A stretch of 64,000 bases of DNA, from positions 45,571 to 109,570 of the forward strand of contig CAKZMQ010000019.1 in assembly GCA_937128795.1 (NCBI GenBank), given 5' to 3'. Of this stretch, positions 43,135-51,997 are shown piece after piece. Position 1 is the stretch's first letter. Each line of letters begins with the position of its first letter. The stretch is from an uncultured Solirubrobacterales bacterium. Lineage in GTDB: Bacteria > Actinomycetota > Thermoleophilia > Solirubrobacterales > JACPNS01. Under the pieces are notes generated by a model. That model worked only from the letters and a program-made list of their open reading frames with translations. It searched no databases and was not told the origin of the DNA. The position numbers and the translations under genes were made by a program.

Positions 43135-46100
43135 TAGGTACACCAATGCGCTGTGTACTCCCCCGCAATTGGAGCGCCCCTGAAGGTCCCTTCAGTATCG
43201 ACGTAGTCTCCGTTCGTACCTTTCCACCTGATTGTGGGCGTGATCTCATACTCGTAGTCAGTGGGGTACCTACAGGTCTGATTCGGATTGTTCAGCCAAA
43301 GCGTCCGGTTGAGCGTTGACGGAATAACCTCACTGGGCGCGGTGTTCTCGGGAACATTGAACGACCAGCTTGAAGACTCGGGGGGGAGCCCGAACAACGG
43401 GTCATCAAATTCATCTCCGCATGTGTTTGTGTCACAAATTGGGACCATTCTGCAGTTCGAAAGAACATCACCCACGGCGCCGAAACCGACGTATCGATCG
43501 CATACCTCGTACTCCAGCTTCATTTCGTATGCGGTGTCCTCGGGCATTGTGTACGAACCGAAATTAGTGGACGTGTCCACATGGAACGTATGCAGACCAC
43601 CTCCCGTTTCTCCCGAGCCCGCGACGGTGATCGCTGGATTCTCTTCAGCCGCAACGGCACCGTCAGTCTCCTCGCTCTCGGAATCCGACGAGTTGCCGCT
43701 TTGCTGAGCACTCTGTGTGATCGAAGATGAATTGAAACGCGTATTTACGACGCGATAGCGGTCAAACGTCCACGTGTTCGTTCCGTCGCCGTCCCAACCG
43801 GGTGTGTTCGGCGAATAGCCGTCATCCTCGCTTTTGTTCCATCGATCGAAGTATGATCTCCACGGGTAATCAGTTCGATCCTTGCTGTGCTGAGCGATTT
43901 TCGGAAGTCGCCTGCCGGAAATCGGATCGTCCGTTGTGGAGGTCACGAATGCGAGATGGTTGACGTTGGGGGGATTCTTGCCTGGGAGATAGTCTTGCCA
44001 ACGGCGTTTATCTGCCGCATCGATTGAAATGATGTCGCCAGGCCTTGTATTAATTTGTGTCAACTGCGATTTTCTAGGGCGATCCGCGTACTTTTCAATC
44101 AGTTCGCGTGACTCGAAGTATTCAATGAAGCGCGTCGCGCGCATCCAGGACGTCGTTCTCTCACGCACCTTGTTTGCACCCGGCCGTCCATCCTTGAGGA
44201 ACCAGAACGCGAAGTAGTTCCTGTTGTCCTCGTCGTCCGTGTCTGCCTTCGGCCATGTGTAGTAAAGCGTCCCGTCCCTTTTCCGTCGCGGGAGGCCCGT
44301 CCAGCGTTCGTGAGCGAATGAGACACCGCCGGCCCTCAGAATTTGGGACAGAAAGTTCGTGCAGTCGTTGTCACCTTCTTTTCCGTACAAGGAATTCGAG
44401 TAATCAAGCCCTTGCGCAGGAGCAATTTCAGGCGCGTCTCGATCGATCTGGTCCGCCTCTCGCACCTGATCGCCGGCTGAATAACCCCCGTACTCGAGCG
44501 CATAGTCCACGGCTTTGGCAACGTTAAACCGGCCGCAGTGTTTTCCACGAACGATTCTGTTACCTGGGCCTGCGCAATCCGCTAGGTCGCGTCCTCCGTA
44601 CTGTCCCGCCCAGGCGCTCGTAACTCGTCCTTCACGCACCCTAATCGTTTTAAAGTAATACTTCTTTCCATTGATAGGCGATCGCCACGCCGTCGGCATT
44701 GGATCCCTCGTGCCGGCCTCGGGAGCGTCACGGCCGTTGATCTTGTATGCATAAATCCTGTAGATTCCTGGATTCAACTCCATCAACACTTCGCCTCGTT
44801 TAATGCTGACCCCAGACGCTTTGTGGTGAAGCGTCCCCGATAACTCCCGGGACCTCAATGAGTTACACCGGTCACGTTGGCCCTCAATCTTCCTGCAGAC
44901 CTTCATCAGCGCACCAGGTACGCTTCGAACCGTTGCGGCATGGCCGAGCGCGTCGTCGAATGCCATATGAATGTACCCAGTGCTATGGGGGTCATACTCG
45001 ACCGTCTCAGAGAACGTGGCTACCGCCGACTCATTACCGACCTGATCAATAGACCGAAACTCGGCGTCGATGACATCACCGATGTCGACATTGTTGAACT
45101 GAATCATTGGATCATCCGTAACCGTCCATTCGCTCCAGCTCGAACCATTAAGCCGATAACGGATCAACGATGACTCGACGCCAGACCCTTGCGTCAAGTC
45201 ATCAATCGACGGGTCTTCGGGTTCGTCCCAGTCGAGCTCGGCAATCTTCGCGTCGCCGTTGTATGACACGTCGAATTCAGCGGGCGCTAGCGGCGCGGTT
45301 GTGTCAATTCGGATCGTCGCCAGAACTCGATTCGTCGCATTTCCGGCCCGATCCGACGCAGTACCGATTAGTCGCCACGCACCTTCGGCGAGGTTGTGAG
45401 TTTGTCCCGGAAATGACGCGAGAAACACATTTGAGCATCGCTGGTCATCGCAGTCGGAGTTAGTTTGGCTTTGGAGATCTTGAAGCGACGGGCCAGGGTC
45501 ATCGACTCGATCGGCTGTGATGGCAACCGACTTCACCCCCGAATCATCATCGGAGACCGTCAAATTGCTCGCAAGTAGGCTCAATGACTGCAAATACTCG
45601 CCGTCGAGCTTTGTCAATTCCGGCCCCGGGTCGGCGATATCTGGTGGTGATCCGGACACGATGCCGCCCGCGAAAGTTGACATAGACCGATTTCCCCGGC
45701 TATCGGACGCTCTAATTTCAACCGCGGCGGCGGTACCAGCACTGAGCAGGCCGTCTCCAATTTTTTTGGTTGGCTCCTCCGACGGCTGCCAATCCGACCA
45801 TCGGTCTTCGGAGGCAAAATCGCACTCCGTAGCAAAGTCGTCTACCGGAGCACTGCAAGCCCGGGTTTCGTATGAATCAAAGTCCTCAGCGTGGGTTGCA
45901 CTGTCGTCCCATTGAACTGTCAACTCACCTTCTCGATTCTCGAATGCATTCGCCCACAGTATTTGCGGCGGTGGTTCCGCATCTTGCGTCCAACTTGCCT
46001 GTGTCACCGCCGATTCGTTTCCAGCACGATCGACTGACTTAGCTTGAAACTCGTGTGCACCGCTGCTCAACCCTGAGTCCCGGAAATCTCCATCACATTC

Positions 46101-49100
46101 CGACCACGGACCGAAGTCGAGTTTGCACTTGGTGATGAACGAATCCGCAGGCGGCGTTAGTTCAATCTCGATCGAACTGCCCGCGACGTACTCAGGTATT
46201 TGCGAATCCAAGCTCGGCGCAGCCGGTGCAATCGTGTCGATGACAAATACCGAAGATGCCGGTGAAGAATCAACGTTACCCGCTATGTCTCTTGCACGAA
46301 CTTCAACACTGTGTTCACCATCGATCAAGCCCATAGCAGCGGTATCCATCGCGGATTCACAGTCTTCAAATTCGGTGTTGTCGACCGAGCATTCGAACTC
46401 GACTGGCTCGGAAGCCGAGAACGTGAACTGAGGCGAGACTGAGCTGGACACGTTCAGAGCCGGACCATCAACGATCCAAGTCTGCGGAGCCGTAGTGTCG
46501 GACACGAGTTCGCCAGCAGTGTCGACGATAAACCTTCGAGTTGCACTGCTTCCGACATTTCCAGCGGCGTCGATATACCGGATCGCGAACGTATGCGGAC
46601 CATCGTCGAGATCGACCATCGAGACGGGAGAGGCACAACTCGTGAACGGCGCGCTATCGATCGAGCAACTCGCGATGGCGTCGATCGGGGGGTCCTGAAA
46701 AGCGAACTCGATCGAGTCCTCAGTCAGCACTTGGTCATTGTCCGGAGTCACTGTCAATAACGGCGTCACCGGCGCAGTTCGATCGAGTTGGTACTCCAAA
46801 ACGTCGCTCGACGGACCAACCGCATCTCCAACGATGCTGCGAACACTGAAACCAACATTCCCGTCGTTCGCTGCGTGGGGCAAGTTGAATTTGTGGGGCG
46901 ATACGCACGGCTCCCACGGCCTCCCCTGCGCCTTGCACTCGAAACCGTCCGGCTGGTCGCCAAGCGATTCAAACCCAACTATTGGATTCGTTCCCCGATG
47001 TGGATTCGGGACCAATAGTTCTGACTGCACTGCTGGCGCGGGTGGCCCCGAAACCTCGGTATCAAACGAGATCTCAGCCGGATCGGAGTCAGTATTTCCC
47101 GCTCCATCAACTGCTCGAACTCTGAGGACATGAGGGCCATTTGCGAGCCTGGCGGTCTTGCCCCCCGCGGGACAGTGACTGAACGGCTCAGCGTCGACAG
47201 AGCATTCAAACCAAGAAGGTTCATTAGCCAAAGCTCGATATGGCAAACTTGGCTCGGTCAGGGTCGAGCCTTGGCTCGGCGTCACTTGCTCGTCGAACGA
47301 CGTTTCAGGTGGCACCGAATCAGATGAGGGCGGAGTGACTTCGACCTGAAGAACCAATGGCGTTGGATCCTCATTGCCGACCGCGTCGACAGCTTTCGTC
47401 TCAATCGAGTGAAGCCCAGCCGCGAGGTTGATCGATTGCCCGTCAGGACATGATCGAAATGGTCCGCCGTCCAGTCTGCATATAAAACTCACAGCCCATT
47501 CGGACGAACTCCAGCCAAAGCGTATGTTCTCTGAGTCGACTTGAATTACGGGTGCATGGATGTCCGAAAGGGCGTTGCTTACTGAATCAAGCATCGTTTC
47601 AGGCGCGGTCGCGTCCACAATAAAGTTTCTAGTTACAGGTGTCGGGTCCGTTCCGCCAGCGTTATTGCGCGCACGGACGGAGACCGAGTAGTTCCCGTCT
47701 GGAACTGAACTAAGACTGAGCTCGCGGTCGCAAATCTCGAATTCGCCACCATTGAAAGAGCATTCAAACCCGGCGTTTGCCTCCCCATCAAACTCGAACA
47801 GAACTGGAAGCGTCACGACTTCATTCTCGCCTGGCCCTGCAACGATCCGAGTAAACAGCGGCGGCGATGTCATGAGCACTACTGCAAGTTCGTCGCCGAT
47901 CAGGTCGTGATTGCCAGCTTCATCAACAGATCTTACGCGGATAGTGTTTGTGCCCTCTATCAGGCTCGCGAGCCGCTGACCAGGCGCGCATCGAATAAAG
48001 GGGGCCAAGTTGACGGAGCACTCAAAGCGGGCAGGAGACTCCGAAGACGAATACTCGATCCGAATGGATGCAAGCGACGAGTACACCAATTCCTGATCAG
48101 GAAGCGTGATCGCCGTGGTCGGTGGAACCGTATCGACAATGAAACTGACTGAAGCTGGCGTGGGGTCTGCGTTCGCATCCTCATCGACCGCGTAGGCCGC
48201 GAACGTATTGGCACCCTCTTCCAAGTTCGACAACTGCATCTCCGCCGAACATTCGCTGAACTCCGCCGCATTTATCGAGCAGTGGAATGTTGAAGTTTCG
48301 GAAGCTTCCAGAGTCAACGCGAGTTCATTTTCACGAATCCGCTCGCCTGGAGGCAGACCATGAATCGTCGTTTCCGGCGGTAGGACGTCAACGTTCGGTG
48401 ACGCCCCCGAAATGACATTGAATTCAACGCGGACCCATCTCGAAACGTTTCCTGCGGCGTCGATGGCCCGAACGGCAAGCGAATGGTTACCAGCCGTGAG
48501 ATCAGAAAAGGTTTCGTCCTGTGAGCAAGATGCGACGAATCCATCTAGTGAGCATTCAAACCAAGAACTCGACTCGTTTGAGCCCAATGTGAGTTGAAGC
48601 TCCCCAGACATCAGTTGACTGTTCGTGTCGAGGTTTGTTTGGATCGTTGGCGACGGGGCCTCGGTGTCCAAGATGTAGGAGATTTCAAGGGGCGACGGAT
48701 CTACCATCTCGCCATTCCGTGCCCTGGCAAAGAACGTGTACGTTCCATCAGTCGATTCGGCTCCAATCATCCATGTGAAAGGCGCAGCGCAGGGTGCCCA
48801 AGACTCTGCATCTTCACTGCATTCAAAACCAGCGCTCGAATCATTCGATGTCAGCTCGACATCCAATCGCCGCGAACTGCCTGCGGCGGGTATTGGCTGA
48901 ACGAGGGAAGTTGTCAGATCTTCCTCACCTTCCTCGAGTGAGAAACTGAGCGTCGTCGTCGGTCCAGGGACTCCTAGGTATGACATGGCGCGTGCACTGA
49001 TGGTGTGTTCGCCGGCGGCAAGCGATTCGACGGGATACGACATTTCGCAGTCAGCGAATGGTTCGTCGTCGATTCGACACTCCACTGCCGAGCGTTCCGG

Positions 49101-51353
49101 GACAGTGTGAAAGTCAAAAGTCATGGCCTGAGGAATTTCCTCTGACGAAGTTTGCTGGGAGATTTCGACCGTAGGAGCCACACCGATGACAAAAAACTCG
49201 AATTCAAATGACGTAGAAGAATTGAAGGCCGCGTCAATTGCCACGACCCGAAGCGCGTGAGCCCCGTCCTCAAGCATTGGGGGAGCGAGCGGCGACTCGC
49301 ATGGCAGGTACTCCCCATCGTCAATACTGCAAATAAACTCGGCAGGCTCATCCGCGCTGAACTGAATCGAAACGTCCTCGGGTTCGAAGTATCTCTGCGA
49401 GCGTTCGCTCTTTTCGAACGTGACCATCGGAGGTCCGGTCTCAATGAGAATCGTGAACAGCGCAGGTGTAGCGTCCTTTGCGCCGTTTTCCGAAACAGCC
49501 CTAGCACGGACCTCGTGCTCACCGTCAACGAGCGGTGGAGTGAAAGAGCTCGCACAAATCTCAAATGGAGCGGCGTCCACCGAACACTCGAAGGTTGCTG
49601 ACGGATCCGAAGACGTAATGATAAGTTGCGGCGTGCGGTCATCCGATGGGGATGACGGACCCGCGATTGAGGTATCGGGCCCCTCGTCAACAACAAACTC
49701 CGCAACCGCCGGCGTCGGGTCATGCCCAAACTGATTGAGCGAGCGAACAGAGATCGAATGCACTCCGTCGGCGAGTGCGCTCGGCACCGTCCAAGGCGAC
49801 TCGCAGGCCGCGAAGGTGCCGTCGTCGATCTTGCATTCAAATGAGTCGGCCTGACCGGTCGGGTCTGAGTCGAACTCGATCGTCGGCTGGTTGTCGTTGG
49901 TCTCTGCTGGCGGCGCAGAGGTGATCTGCGTGTCGACAGGTGAGCCTGAGTTGCAGCCCATCAGGCTCAGTGACTCGGTTCGCGTTGCCGTCGTCCAGTT
50001 CGCGTATGTGGCGACCAGCATGCGAACGTCGTTGGGAGAGACGCAGCCCATTTCGGACGGGGAAACGATCCGCAGGATGTGCGGCGAGAGCGGTGTGCCG
50101 CTGGTGTTGACGCGGCCCTCCTGCCCCAAGTCGAGCTCCAACTTCGTGGCCGGGATCGACGGCAGCTGGAAGGTCATCAACGTCTCGACTTCGCAGTACT
50201 CCCAGAAGCTGTCGCAGCTTGGGTCGATCTGCGGGAAACTGAGCCAACCTGCAGCCCTGATCGATCTGTTCGACTCGCCGATGTCGATCGCAAAGACCGG
50301 GATCGGTGACATATTCACGACCCAGAGCTTGCCGTCGATCGGCTCGCGGAACATTGGCGTCGTCAGGCGGACCGTTCCGACCTGGGCCTGCGCGGGACAG
50401 GAGTCTGGGTTGAAGCGGCTGAGCGTCGTAACCGAGCTGGTGGGACACATGTCGGCCGTCGCCCCGTAAGCGACGGTGTTCAGCCAGATCGCGGTGCCAA
50501 GCTTCAGCACGATCGCTCGAAGCGCGCTGCTCTCTGGAGCAACGGTCGCTGTGAACCGGGCTCCTGTCGGTGCGTTGGCCGTCGGGTTGGTGAGCGACGC
50601 AGAGAATGTGGGGTCGATCGTCTGCGGAGCACAATCGGTCACCGGATACTGAGCAATGGCGGTCGCCGAGGAGAGGTCATCGGCCACCAAGGTTGCCGAA
50701 GCGGTGTCGGCGACGGCCGGACAAGCGCTCGGGTTGGTGATCAACGGGAAGCTGCCGCCAAGCGCGCCGGTGAACGACATCGAGAGCTGCGTCAGCTGGA
50801 TCGAGACACCTGTCGATGAGGTCAACGGGAGCTCGGGAAAGGTGATCCGCTGGTGTTGGTCAGAGGTCGGCGCGCCGGACACGGTGAATGCGCCGTTGAG
50901 GTTCAGGTCAAGGCCTGCTTGTGCGATGAACGAACCGTCGCCGCCGGGAAGTTCGACGTTCAGCGAGACACCAGCCACAAGGTTGGACGACGGCGCCTCG
51001 GTGAGGAAGAGTTCACCGGCTGCCGGTGAGCCCGAGGCCAGCGTGACGGAGGCCGAGCCGATCAAGGTGCTCGGGTCGCAGTCGCCTGCTTCGGCATCTG
51101 CAATGGGGCACGGCGTTTCGATAGCGCCAGGAGCGATCCGCAGTCCTGCCGGGAGCTTCAGAGTCACATCACTGGGCTTGGGCGTGCCGACGAAGTCGGT
51201 GGTCAGCGTGAGGTCTGGGTGGGCGTTGACTGCTGTGGTTGAGGGCGTGAGAGTGAGGGTGGCGCCGAACTGCGCTGACGCAGAAGCTGCGAATCCGAAA
51301 CCTGCGACCGCCGCCAACGTAAGAATTAGCGCAAAGCGTGCCAACCGATACAT
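43134..51353 (-). CDS. Giant (2739-aa) secreted multidomain protein: signal peptide, ~470-aa N-domain, 15 two-Cys Ig-like modules, FN3-like modules, papain-like Amidase_6-type domain, orphan C-terminal domain
   Basis: Signal peptide MYRLARFALILTLAAVAGFGFAASASAQ. 15 repeats of F-x-C-x9-C...G-x-H-x-[FVIL]-x-V-R-A-x-D-x-A-G-N...D-T-x-P-P between aa ~473 and 1797 (nt 45963-49937). FN3-like AELDWDEPED..IRYRLNGSSWSEW. Amidase signature KAVDYALEYGG..GDNDCTNFLSQILRAGG..TSWMRATRF..GDIISID..VNHLAFVTS (nt ~43854-44528). Confidence 0.85.
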   Translation of the reverse strand: MYRLARFALILTLAAVAGFGFAASASAQFGATLTLTPSTTAVNAHPDLTLTTDFVGTPKPSDVTLKLPAGLRIAPGAIETPCPIADAEAGDCDPSTLIGSASVTLASGSPAAGELFLTEAPSSNLVAGVSLNVELPGGDGSFIAQAGLDLNLNGAFTVSGAPTSDQHQRITFPELPLTSSTGVSIQLTQLSMSFTGALGGSFPLITNPSACPAVADTASATLVADDLSSATAIAQYPVTDCAPQTIDPTFSASLTNPTANAPTGARFTATVAPESSALRAIVLKLGTAIWLNTVAYGATADMCPTSSVTTLSRFNPDSCPAQAQVGTVRLTTPMFREPIDGKLWVVNMSPIPVFAIDIGESNRSIRAAGWLSFPQIDPSCDSFWEYCEVETLMTFQLPSIPATKLELDLGQEGRVNTSGTPLSPHILRIVSPSEMGCVSPNDVRMLVATYANWTTATRTESLSLMGCNSGSPVDTQITSAPPAETNDNQPTIEFDSDPTGQADSFECKIDDGTFAACESPWTVPSALADGVHSISVRSLNQFGHDPTPAVAEFVVDEGPDTSIAGPSSPSDDRTPQLIITSSDPSATFECSVDAAPFEICASSFTPPLVDGEHEVRARAVSENGAKDATPALFTILIETGPPMVTFEKSERSQRYFEPEDVSIQFSADEPAEFICSIDDGEYLPCESPLAPPMLEDGAHALRVVAIDAAFNSSTSFEFEFFVIGVAPTVEISQQTSSEEIPQAMTFDFHTVPERSAVECRIDDEPFADCEMSYPVESLAAGEHTISARAMSYLGVPGPTTTLSFSLEEGEEDLTTSLVQPIPAAGSSRRLDVELTSNDSSAGFECSEDAESWAPCAAPFTWMIGAESTDGTYTFFARARNGEMVDPSPLEISYILDTEAPSPTIQTNLDTNSQLMSGELQLTLGSNESSSWFECSLDGFVASCSQDETFSDLTAGNHSLAVRAIDAAGNVSRWVRVEFNVISGASPNVDVLPPETTIHGLPPGERIRENELALTLEASETSTFHCSINAAEFSECSAEMQLSNLEEGANTFAAYAVDEDANADPTPASVSFIVDTVPPTTAITLPDQELVYSSLASIRIEYSSSESPARFECSVNLAPFIRCAPGQRLASLIEGTNTIRVRSVDEAGNHDLIGDELAVVLMTSPPLFTRIVAGPGENEVVTLPVLFEFDGEANAGFECSFNGGEFEICDRELSLSSVPDGNYSVSVRARNNAGGTDPTPVTRNFIVDATAPETMLDSVSNALSDIHAPVIQVDSENIRFGWSSSEWAVSFICRLDGGPFRSCPDGQSINLAAGLHSIETKAVDAVGNEDPTPLVLQVEVTPPSSDSVPPETSFDEQVTPSQGSTLTEPSLPYRALANEPSWFECSVDAEPFSHCPAGGKTARLANGPHVLRVRAVDGAGNTDSDPAEISFDTEVSGPPAPAVQSELLVPNPHRGTNPIVGFESLGDQPDGFECKAQGRPWEPCVSPHKFNLPHAANDGNVGFSVRSIVGDAVGPSSDVLEYQLDRTAPVTPLLTVTPDNDQVLTEDSIEFAFQDPPIDAIASCSIDSAPFTSCASPVSMVDLDDGPHTFAIRYIDAAGNVGSSATRRFIVDTAGELVSDTTAPQTWIVDGPALNVSSSVSPQFTFSASEPVEFECSVDNTEFEDCESAMDTAAMGLIDGEHSVEVRARDIAGNVDSSPASSVFVIDTIAPAAPSLDSQIPEYVAGSSIEIELTPPADSFITKCKLDFGPWSECDGDFRDSGLSSGAHEFQAKSVDRAGNESAVTQASWTQDAEPPPQILWANAFENREGELTVQWDDSATHAEDFDSYETRACSAPVDDFATECDFASEDRWSDWQPSEEPTKKIGDGLLSAGTAAAVEIRASDSRGNRSMSTFAGGIVSGSPPDIADPGPELTKLDGEYLQSLSLLASNLTVSDDDSGVKSVAITADRVDDPGPSLQDLQSQTNSDCDDQRCSNVFLASFPGQTHNLAEGAWRLIGTASDRAGNATNRVLATIRIDTTAPLAPAEFDVSYNGDAKIAELDWDEPEDPSIDDLTQGSGVESSLIRYRLNGSSWSEWTVTDDPMIQFNNVDIGDVIDAEFRSIDQVGNESAVATFSETVEYDPHSTGYIHMAFDDALGHAATVRSVPGALMKVCRKIEGQRDRCNSLRSRELSGTLHHKASGVSIKRGEVLMELNPGIYRIYAYKINGRDAPEAGTRDPMPTAWRSPINGKKYYFKTIRVREGRVTSAWAGQYGGRDLADCAGPGNRIVRGKHCGRFNVAKAVDYALEYGGYSAGDQVREADQIDRDAPEIAPAQGLDYSNSLYGKEGDNDCTNFLSQILRAGGVSFAHERWTGLPRRKRDGTLYYTWPKADTDDEDNRNYFAFWFLKDGRPGANKVRERTTSWMRATRFIEYFESRELIEKYADRPRKSQLTQINTRPGDIISIDAADKRRWQDYLPGKNPPNVNHLAFVTSTTDDPISGRRLPKIAQHSKDRTDYPWRSYFDRWNKSEDDGYSPNTPGWDGDGTNTWTFDRYRVVNTRFNSSSITQSAQQSGNSSDSESEETDGAVAAEENPAITVAGSGETGGGLHTFHVDTSTNFGSYTMPEDTAYEMKLEYEVCDRYVGFGAVGDVLSNCRMVPICDTNTCGDEFDDPLFGLPPESSSWSFNVPENTAPSEVIPSTLNRTLWLNNPNQTCRYPTDYEYEITPTIRWKGTNGDYVDTEGTFRGAPIAGEYTAHWCT

Positions 51354-51498
51354 AAATTTTCTTCCCCATTATTCATACTGAATTTGACAACCATTAAGGC
51401 AGCCTTAACACGATCTGATTTATAGTACCCGAATCGGATGGCGCTGTTTGGTGTATTTCTGACGTCGTGGTTGACCCCGCTGCTGTAGCCTCCCCACC

Positions 51499-51927
51499 AT
51501 GTCAACCAGCGTCACCTACGAGATGCGCCAGGCCCCGCCCTTCTGGGTGCGTGTGCTGGCAACCGCGGTCATCTGCTTCCTCGGTCTTTGGATCGCCAGC
51601 CTGCTTGATCTCGTCTACTACGGCGAGAACATTCTCAACCTCGTAATCGCGTCGCTGGTGCTGGCGGCTATCAACTTGACGATTCGCCCGGTGATGATGC
51701 TGCTGTCGATTCCATTCATCATCGTCACGCTTGGCCTGTTCATCTGGTTGGTGAACGCGTTGATGTTGTGGCTGACGGCACTGTTGGTGCCGCCGTTCGA
51801 CCTCGACGGATTCTGGAAGACGATCGGTGCGGCATTCATTCTTTGGATCTTCAACATGCTGCTCGGCGGCGTGATGCGTGACTTCACCGAGAAGCCGCAG
51901 CGCGAGACCTTCGAGATCGTCGACTGA
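51499..51927 (+). CDS. DUF360 / phage-holin-family-4-like 4-TM membrane protein
   Basis: NLTIRPVMMLLSIPFIIVTLGLFIWLVNALMLWLTALLVPPFDLDGFWKTIGAAFILW matches the N..IRP..L.lP...VTLGLF...NA..L....P.F...GFW signature of YvlD-type proteins. Confidence 0.8.
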   Translation: MSTSVTYEMRQAPPFWVRVLATAVICFLGLWIASLLDLVYYGENILNLVIASLVLAAINLTIRPVMMLLSIPFIIVTLGLFIWLVNALMLWLTALLVPPFDLDGFWKTIGAAFILWIFNMLLGGVMRDFTEKPQRETFEIVD

Positions 51928-51997
51928 CCAACGTTTCTGCGGGTCGGCCGTCCCGTCGGTTGTCGCTGCGTCCGATCCCTCCTACGCTGCAGTACGC

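Noticed and set aside
41954-51498. Treating the low-GC block as a defined mobile element or genomic island.
   Set aside because: No integrase, transposase, tRNA target, or terminal direct or inverted repeats were found. Only the compositional evidence is reported.
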